Below, in pieces: positions 10,224-17,735 of a stretch of 20,000 bases of DNA (position 1 is its first letter; every line of letters begins with the position of its first letter). The position numbers were made by a program, and so were the translations under genes. Location of the stretch: assembly GCA_052055015.1 (NCBI GenBank), contig JBQJIT010000016.1. One strand, 5' to 3'. Under the pieces are notes generated by a model. It was not told where the DNA came from, searched no databases, and worked only from the letters and a program-made list of their open reading frames with translations. This DNA comes from Malassezia furfur. Its lineage: Eukaryota.

Positions 10224-10744
10224 CTATGCTGGGGCGCCCGGTGCTTGCTTTGACCGGCTTTCAATTTCGCGCTGAATCAGCTCCTCCTGCCATTTCTGGA
10301 TTTCCCTCTCGCTGGCAACGATCCCGCGCTGGCCCAGCTCGCGCATGGCGCGGTTCCGAATGAGGTTATCATGAGTACGCTTTTCGTATTCGAACCGCTG
10401 CAGCGCGGTCTCGGCGGCAAACACCAACCCGATAGAAGCCGCTGTGTAAGTGTATAGACGTGCCTGACATAGTCAAGAACGCTTTAAAGGCCAGCGTCTG
10501 GCGTCTTCATCATAAGTAGACCGACGTACCGGAACGAAGGAAAGATGTGGTGCGACGCGAAGACACCGGTAAAACCTACGAAGCCCCACACCAAGGCTCC
10601 GCGAATGCCCGCACGCTGCATGAGCCACGCATTGCTCTTACGTACCACCTGGACCTGATGCGCATTTTTGACGTTCTCCTTATCGAACTGTCTCCGCTCT
10701 CGGTGGGTGAGCAAACCAGACGAAGACGACCCCCGCGAGTCCAT
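10224..10744 (-). CDS. Small two-transmembrane protein, HIG1/Rcf-like (probably mitochondrial), ~147 aa; exons 10744-10646, 10615-10530, 10504-10464, 10441-10224
   Basis: Introns 10645-10616 (30 nt, in frame), 10529-10505 (25 nt) and 10463-10442 (22 nt, GC-AG) give ...RAGIRGALVWGFVGFTGVFASHHIFPSFRRQTLAFKAFLTMSAASIGLVFAAETALQRFE... This is two hydrophobic helices around the P.FRRQTLAFKAFL loop seen in fungal HIG1/Rcf-like proteins. Confidence 0.7.
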
Positions 10745-10845
10745 CGCGTTCAACGTAGATCCGATCGGAGTAGCAACTCAGGGCCGGAGGCACGAATGTG
10801 GAGAAAAATGCGCCGAAAAAAAGTCATCCGGAAGCCTGCATCATT

Positions 10846-11699
10846 ATGGGCAGCTCGAAGAGTGGTGCGAATTCGAGCAGCGTAGTGGTGTCGCCAGGTA
10901 CGTGATCTTTTCCTAACCAAGACGCCCTGCGGCTGGTGTATTCCTTTCTCTATACGCATGCGAAGCCGAAGCTTGCGTCCAAGCTTGCGGATCAATACCC
11001 TAAGCTGAATTTGGAGGAAGACGCGAGTCGCGCGGAGGAGCTGTCGAACGCGCTCGTGCACACGGTGACCAGTGCGCTGGCGGTCCCCAACTCTGAAATT
11101 GCCAAGGCGCTGAACGGGGAGAAGAAGAAAGCGCGCAAGTCGGAGGAAAAGGAGTCGAAGAAGTCGAAGAAGGCCAAGGTACGTGTGCGAGATTGACCGC
11201 AGAAGAATGACGACACACCTGCTCCCGTGGTCGAGGAGCCCGATGCGGCGAATGAGTCTGTCATGCAGGTGGACACCACGGAGGCACCTGCGACGGCGCC
11301 CGAGACGGTCGCCGAGGTGTCGGTGACCGAGTCGCAGCCGACGGGCGAGACGGTCGTTACGGAAACTGTGCGCACTGAGGCCCCGAAGCCTTCCAAGAAG
11401 ACGAAAACGCCAGGCGAGCGCTTCCAGCGGGTTAAGTCGGACCAGGCGACGTTCCTAGACGACCGCTTGCGCGATATGAGCTATGCGGCCAAGGTACGTG
11501 ATGTGCTTATGCAGTCGGGTGCGGGTGACTATGGAGCGCGTGCAAATGCCGACCTGATCGTTACGCAGGGCAAGGCGTTCACGAAGGAGAAAAACAAAAA
11601 GAAGCGCGGAAGCTATCGCGGTGGAATTATTGACCAGGGGTCCCAGTACGTGTATGCACTTACACCAGCTCCATCAAATTCACGTACGATGACGAATAA
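10846..11699 (+). CDS. SRP40: Srp40/Nopp140-like nucleolar protein (SRP40_C domain), ~253 aa; exons 10846-10897, 10922-11178, 11203-11493, 11515-11645, 11669-11699
   Basis: The SRP40_C motif ERFQRVK...DYGARANADLIVTQGKAFTKEKNKKKRGSYRGG is present. Removing the 23-nt intron 11646-11668 restores the family C-terminus GSHSIKFTYDDE*. Other introns are 10898-10921 (24 nt), 11179-11202 (24 nt) and 11494-11514 (21 nt). The N-terminal LVYSFL segment is LisH-like. Confidence 0.85.
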
Positions 11700-11705
11700 T
11701 TGTCG

Positions 11706-13576
11706 TCACATGGCGCGCTCGGTGCGCTCGCCGTGGGCTATCGCCTCATCCCACATGCCAATCTCGAGTCGAGTGGCCCTGTGTGAGTAGTCATCACGTA
11801 CGTGTTCCATATTTCCTGGAGATGGTCCGTCTCTTCCACCGACGGCATCACGCGCGCGGCGCAGCGCTCGAGCATCTCCAGGGTAGACCGGACTGCGCCT
11901 TGGAAGTCGTCTCCACCGTATTCATCCAACCACGCCTCGTAGCTGGGGTCACGCGGGCCGCTCGGGGTGGGGTGCCGCTGGCGCTGCTCCTTGAGCCAGA
12001 GACCCACCTCGGCGTACCCAAATGCACACGACGCGACCGACACGAGCAGCGGGAGAATGCCTTCACGGGCCATATCCATCACGTAGCGCGTGTAGGCCAT
12101 CGTTGCGCGACTCTCTTCGGTGCGCTCGAGCTCGTCACGCGGAATGCCCGCGCGCTCACACACCGTCGCATGTACACGTGTCTCGTCAATGGCAGCCCGC
12201 GAAATAGTGAGATAGTCGCGCAAATCTTCCGGCGAGCACGTCGGATCGGAAGCCGCCGCGGCCCACACGCGGGCATAGTGCTTAAGGTACAGATAGTCTT
12301 GCCGCATGAACCACACGAACGCCGCCTTGGACAGCTTGCCTTCGCACATGCGCGCCACAAACGGATGGCGCGTGTACAAGTGCCACAGATGCCACGAACG
12401 CGCAATAAGTTTGGTTGCGAGCGGCGCCGCACACCGCGCTGTATGCATGGGAATGCCGCGCGGCATGATGTGCGAGCCATGATTAAGCGGCCCCGCACCC
12501 TTGCCAAGGTCCTCGATGCTGCTCTGCAGCGCCTCTTGCAGAAACTGGAGGCCGTGCGCCACGGCGACCCGCAGCGGAAGTCCGTGCGCATGCGCCGCAC
12601 AGATCGCCGACGACAGCGTACACCCCGTGCCGTGCGTTGCGCTTGTCGAGATCGTCGGCTTAATGAACACCGTCGTGTGCTGCGTCGCAGACTCGTATAG
12701 CACGTCGACCGTGTAGGAGGATGGGCCGACGTCAGGCAGGTTGCGGCGTAGGACACGCATGTCGCTGGGGCCACGTACGAGGAATACGTCAAGCCGTGGC
12801 GCTTGGAACGCAGATGCACCCAGCACCTGTGCAATGTCACTACGTTCGCTGCGCTCGACGCGCGTAGAGAGTGCCGCCGTGCCGTGTGCATCGCGCGTCG
12901 TCGACACGCGCGTGTCGCTGAAACCGGCGATCGCTTCGTCGTCGGTGCATAGCGGAAGCGAGACACCCGCAGCTCGGAGCGACTCTTGCAGATCGTCGTG
13001 TGCAATGGGAACGTGTCCGCCCTTGACGAGTACGTTGGCGACGCCCAGGCGCGCAATGGACTGGGCCGAGGCCATCATCTTGGCAAGGTCATTCGTCGCA
13101 GCTGGCGGGGTTACGCCGGCGTTCTGGAGGATCGCGTCGGTCTCGGGCAGATTGGGGGTGAGCAGCGTACACAGCGGAAAAAGTCCTTCGATCAGCGCGC
13201 CGATTGCGTCGCGTTGGAGCAGGAGCGAGCCCGAGGTCGAGACCATCACGGGATCCAACACGACGGGCACGGCGTGCTGCTTCTGCCACGCGGCGATGCA
13301 TTGTATGACCTCGCGAACGATGGGCGCATTGGCAAGCATCCCAATCTTGATGGCGTCGATGCGCACATCGGTCGCGACCGAGTCAAACTGCGCACGCACA
13401 AACGCCGGGTCGGGCGTGTGGACGCTCTGTACGCCCTGGGTGTTTTGGGCGGTGAGCGCGGTCAGCACCGACATGCCGTACGTCTGCAGGGCAAGGAACG
13501 TCTTGAGGTCCGCTTGGATCCCGGCGCCACCGCCGGAGTCGGAGCCCGCGATGGTCAGTGTGCGCGGAAGGGCCAT
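11706..13576 (-). CDS. THI20: Hydroxymethylpyrimidine/phosphomethylpyrimidine kinase - thiaminase II fusion (ThiD-TenA, THI20 family), ~615 aa; exons 13576-11802, 11778-11706
   Basis: ThiD motifs: [59 protein letters not shown] and [11 protein letters not shown]. TenA motifs: HPFV, QDYLYL and SCAFGY. Splicing 11801-11779 (23 nt) restores the TenA end [12 protein letters not shown]. Confidence 0.92.
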
Positions 13577-13647
13577 GGTACGTGCGGGGTAGGCAGCAGG
13601 GCTTCGGGCGCACGGCGCGCCGGCCTCCACACGCCGCCTGTTCTTCC

Positions 13648-16065
13648 ATGGCGACGGCCGATCCGTTGTCGTACGTCAGCTCGACGCGCGCGTTTGCCTA
13701 CCTGACCGAGCGCGGCGAGGATGCGCTGCATGCCGTCAAAGAGGCACTCGGCTCTGGGTCGAACAAGTATCTCGACGCCGACCCCAGCGCGATCCGCAAG
13801 CAGCTCGAAAGTGGGAGCGACGTCGAGCGCCTCGAAGGAGTCAAGCATGTGCTCGCCCTAATCTCCAAGGGGCGCGACCCGACACCGTTCCTCGCGTCGG
13901 TGTTTAAGCTGGCATCTACGACCTCGCTCGAGGTGCGCAAGCTCGTGTACATCGTCGTGCTCCGGTATGCGCGCACACAGCCCGACCTGGCCCTGCTGTC
14001 GATCAACAGCTTCCAGCGCGACCTTACCGAGCCCAACGCACTGATCCGCGGCATGGCGCTGCGTACGCTCAGTGGCATGCGTGTCAAGGCTGCCGAGTCG
14101 ATCGTGACGCTTGCTATTGGCAAGGCAGTGCGCGATACCCATCCCTACGTCCGTCGCGTCGCGGCGTATGCGCTGATGCGCAGCTACCAGGCGGACCCAG
14201 ACAATGCCGAGACGTACGTCGATCTGGTGCACACGCTCCTGCGCGATCGCTCGCCCCAGGTCCTTGGCCCGGCGCTCGCCGCATACACGGCAATCTGCCC
14301 CGACAAGTGGGACATGCTGCATCGGCACTTCCGCAAGCTGTGCTATGCGCTCAGCGACATGGACGCCTGGTCGCAGCCGGGCGCTGTCAACCTGCTTGTG
14401 CACTACGCGCGCCTGCACCTCCCGGAGCCACACGACGGGCAGGACATGGATCCCGATCTTGCGCTGCTCGTCGACCACATCGAGCCGCTGCTTGCCAGCA
14501 CCAACCCTGGCGTGGTGGCGGCAGCCGTACAGGCCCTGCTGTCTGTAGCGCCCACGGCACGGCACCGACGCGCTGTCGCGGCCCTCGTGCGTCTCGTGCG
14601 TGATACGCCGGACGTGGCCTACGTCGCGACGCTGCGTGTGCTTGCGCTGGACGCCGCCTACATCCCTCTGGTCGCGCCGATGGCCGCGCACTTTTACGTG
14701 CGTGCCGACGACCCCGAGTACTTGGCGCGCGCCAAGCTACGTGTGCTGCTCCGCGTCGCGCAGCCGAGCACGGCGCGGGCGCTGGCCGACGAGCTCGTCG
14801 TGTATACCCAGGCGGCATCCATCGCCGTAGCGCTCGACAGCGTCACGGCGCTGGGGAACGTCGCGTGCCGCTTCGACGCCCATGCAGCACACTGTCTCAA
14901 GCTGCTCATCGGCATCGCACAGGACCCAAGCAGCCCTGAGCCGGTCGCCAGCCGCGCTGTGCAGGTGGCCAAGATGCTCATGGCGATCCCCAACGTGATC
15001 GGCGACAAGGTCGTTGTGCGCGTGGTTGCACAGTTTGCGCTGCGCCTCTTTGCACCGCTCGCACGTGCGGGGAGACCCAAGGACGCGCACTTGCCATCCA
15101 TCCTGCTCGATCCGTCGTCGCGCGCCGCAGCGCTGTGGATGCTCGGGCAATATGCGCGTGCGACGCTGGTGCCGGCCACGGACACGACGCCGAGTGCGAC
15201 GCTGTGCGAGCTGCTTGTGCCGGACATGCTGCGCTGCCTAACGGCGCACTGGCACAAGGAGCACGCAAGCGTGCAGTGTGCTACGCTCACGCTCGCGGCC
15301 AAGGCCATCACGGTGCTTCCGGATGTGGGGGCCAGTGTGGCCGTACGCAGTGCGACGCTGACGCTCTACTATGCGCTGCTCGCGCTGGGCGCACAGAGCC
15401 GCGATGCGGATGTGCGCGATCGCGCTCGCTTCTACGGGAGCCTCACACGCAAGATCGCCGAGGAGCAGGCGCCACATGCGCCGGACGTCGATGCTGCCCA
15501 CGAGCAGTTCTGGGCGCAGCACCACGAGCTCGATCGGCAGCGCCTGCCGGGCGTGCGACTCCGGCGCGCACAGGTGCAGCATGTCCTCTTTGCACACGAC
15601 ACGGCCGATGCCGCGTCGATCGGCACGCAGCTTGCCCTGGATACCCCCACGTGCCCGCCCGAGGCCGTGCCGACCTTGGTCGGCCCCGTCTTCTTGCGGG
15701 GGGCCGCAGCGGCGCACGTGCCGGCGTGGCGCCCGGCGTCGGAGCTGCCGCCCGCGATCGTGCGCATGCCCGAGGCCGAGCCAGCGCACGCCGAGATGGC
15801 CAACGTGCGCTCCTTGTCGAGCGCTTCAGCGCCGCCGCCCGCGCCCGCCGTCGAGGCACGTGCGCCGGTGGAACGCGTCGTGCTGACGCCCAAAGAGACG
15901 CACGCACCGCCGCGTCCCGCGTACCAAGCGCGCTATGCGGACCTCGATGCGTTCTTTGACGAGGACGATGATGAGGAGGTCGCGCGCGTGAGTCTCGACG
16001 AGGCGGCGCCCGAGGACGATGAGTACGCGCTGAGCGAGTCGAGCGACTCGTCCGATTCGGCGTAG
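13648..16065 (+). CDS. APL6: AP-3 adaptor complex beta subunit, ~805 aa, intronless
   Basis: Adaptin-N motifs SLEVRKLVYI, DLALLSINSFQRDL..PNALIRGMALRTLSGMR, HPYVRR.AA, LHRHFRKLC..L.DMDAWSQ and DVRDRARFY are AP-3-beta type. The first ATG is at 13648 and the C-terminal tail is acidic. Confidence 0.9.
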   Translation: MATADPLSYVSSTRAFAYLTERGEDALHAVKEALGSGSNKYLDADPSAIRKQLESGSDVERLEGVKHVLALISKGRDPTPFLASVFKLASTTSLEVRKLVYIVVLRYARTQPDLALLSINSFQRDLTEPNALIRGMALRTLSGMRVKAAESIVTLAIGKAVRDTHPYVRRVAAYALMRSYQADPDNAETYVDLVHTLLRDRSPQVLGPALAAYTAICPDKWDMLHRHFRKLCYALSDMDAWSQPGAVNLLVHYARLHLPEPHDGQDMDPDLALLVDHIEPLLASTNPGVVAAAVQALLSVAPTARHRRAVAALVRLVRDTPDVAYVATLRVLALDAAYIPLVAPMAAHFYVRADDPEYLARAKLRVLLRVAQPSTARALADELVVYTQAASIAVALDSVTALGNVACRFDAHAAHCLKLLIGIAQDPSSPEPVASRAVQVAKMLMAIPNVIGDKVVVRVVAQFALRLFAPLARAGRPKDAHLPSILLDPSSRAAALWMLGQYARATLVPATDTTPSATLCELLVPDMLRCLTAHWHKEHASVQCATLTLAAKAITVLPDVGASVAVRSATLTLYYALLALGAQSRDADVRDRARFYGSLTRKIAEEQAPHAPDVDAAHEQFWAQHHELDRQRLPGVRLRRAQVQHVLFAHDTADAASIGTQLALDTPTCPPEAVPTLVGPVFLRGAAAAHVPAWRPASELPPAIVRMPEAEPAHAEMANVRSLSSASAPPPAPAVEARAPVERVVLTPKETHAPPRPAYQARYADLDAFFDEDDDEEVARVSLDEAAPEDDEYALSESSDSSDSA

Positions 16066-16132
16066 GTGCGTAGGTAGGAAGTAAGCGCCCACTTTTTTTT
16101 GTGCCTCCACCCGACGCCTTTTTTTTGTCGCC

Positions 16133-17626
16133 ATGCCGAAAGCCCCGTCGACGCAGCGGCGCGGCGCACGGCCAGCGGAAGCGCGCCGTCCGCTTGGCCA
16201 GGATATCCAGGAAGACCAGATGGTGTCGCGGTTTGGGCGTGTGCGCACGCCGAAGCAGGGCAAGCGTGCCGCGAAGCACGGCGACGACGACGACGGCGAC
16301 GCAGCGCACTCTGCCGGCCTGCGTGTCACGGGCGGACGCGCTGGGCGCACCACCGTGGACCCCAAGCTGAGCCGCAACATTCTGCGGCTCGCGCGTGAGC
16401 AGCAAGAAGAGATTGAGCGCGAAGAGGCCGAGCTCGAGGCCGAGGAGGAGGTGGCGCCGCCCGCGTTCCGTGGCGAGGCGGAGCTGGAAGACGACGACGA
16501 GGGCGACGACGAGGAAGCGTCGGTCGACAGCGACGACGCGGACGACTACGACCCGGACTATGCACAGCTCGATATCCGGCCCGAAGACCACGCGCTGCTC
16601 GAGCGGCACGACGCCGAGGAGGAGCAGGCGCTCGAGGAGATGGGCGAGGATGGCCTGCCGCGGCCCAAGACCAAGACGCTCGCGGACCTCATTATGGCCA
16701 AGATCCAGGCCGCGGAGGACGGGCAGCCTGCCGAGATGCCGATGGAGGAGAGCGACGGACGGATGATGCCGCCGGGCATCAATCCCAAGGTGATTGAGGT
16801 GTACGTCAAGGTCGGCGAGCTCCTGTCGCGCTACAAGTCGGGTCCGCTGCCCAAGGCGTTCAAGATCATCCCCTCGTTGCCCGCGTGGGAGGACGTGCTG
16901 TACATTACGAACCCCGAGACGTGGACGCCGCACGCGACGCTTGCGGCGACGCGCATCTTTGTGTCCAACTTCAAGCCGGCGCAGTGCGAGCGCTACTACC
17001 AGCTCGTGTTTTACGACAAGATCCGCGACGAGATCCGCGAGAACAAAAAGGTGTCGTACCAGATGTACGAGGCGATCAAAAAGTCGCTGTACAAGCCCGC
17101 GGCCTTCTTCAAGGGCATCCTCTTCCCGCTGTGCGACGGCGGAGGTGTGACGCTGAAGGAGGCGGCCATCATCGGCTCGGTCCTGTCCAAGGTCTCGATC
17201 CCGGTGCTTCACTCGGCCGCGGCGCTGCTGCGCCTCGCGGAGATGGAGTACAGCGGGCCGAACTCGCTCTTCATCCGCATTCTGCTCGACAAGAAGTACG
17301 CGCTGCCGTACAAGGTGATCGATGCGCTCGTGTACCACTTTTTGCAGTTCGCCGACAAGTCCAAGGGCGTCGAGGTGACGCGCACGCGTGCGGGTGTCGT
17401 GGGCGAGCGCCGCATGCCCGTCCTGTGGCACCAGAGTCTCCTCGTGTTTGCGCAGCGCTACAAGAGCGACCTGACGCCCGACCAAAAGCTCGCGCTGCTC
17501 GACCTGATCCGTGTGCAGCGGCACCCGGGGATCGAGCCGGACATCCGGCGCGAGCTGTCCACGGGCGAGTCGCGCGGCGAGCTGCTCCCCGAGCCGCTCG
17601 ACGAGGACGACGACATGTCGCTGTAG
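16133..17626 (+). CDS. ENP1: Bystin / essential nuclear protein 1 (pre-40S assembly factor), 497 aa
   Basis: Bystin motifs LSRNILRLAREQQ, LSRYKSGPLPKAFKIIP, YKPAAFFKGILFPL, IPVLHSAAAL, LLDKKYALPYKVIDALV and PVLWHQSLLVFAQRYK. Confidence 0.96.
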   Translation: MPKAPSTQRRGARPAEARRPLGQDIQEDQMVSRFGRVRTPKQGKRAAKHGDDDDGDAAHSAGLRVTGGRAGRTTVDPKLSRNILRLAREQQEEIEREEAELEAEEEVAPPAFRGEAELEDDDEGDDEEASVDSDDADDYDPDYAQLDIRPEDHALLERHDAEEEQALEEMGEDGLPRPKTKTLADLIMAKIQAAEDGQPAEMPMEESDGRMMPPGINPKVIEVYVKVGELLSRYKSGPLPKAFKIIPSLPAWEDVLYITNPETWTPHATLAATRIFVSNFKPAQCERYYQLVFYDKIRDEIRENKKVSYQMYEAIKKSLYKPAAFFKGILFPLCDGGGVTLKEAAIIGSVLSKVSIPVLHSAAALLRLAEMEYSGPNSLFIRILLDKKYALPYKVIDALVYHFLQFADKSKGVEVTRTRAGVVGERRMPVLWHQSLLVFAQRYKSDLTPDQKLALLDLIRVQRHPGIEPDIRRELSTGESRGELLPEPLDEDDDMSL

Positions 17627-17735
17627 TAGTAGTTTTCACACTTTGGCTCGTAGGATGATGCATGCATGTCATGGCACAATTTCGGGTGGCTTGTCTACAA
17701 AGGCCCGTACGGTATCTATGCTAACAATGGGGGAA

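Noticed and set aside
12766..12779. GTACGTGGCCCCAG (minus strand) as a 14-nt intron in THI20
   Set aside because: It has no branch motif, is too short, and removal would shift the frame.
13577..13647. TPP riboswitch associated with THI20
   Set aside because: No aptamer motifs were seen and there is no space or host intron.
15443..17524. 693-aa antisense ORF over APL6/ENP1
   Set aside because: It is Arg/Ala-rich shadow sequence opposite two well-conserved genes in high-GC DNA.
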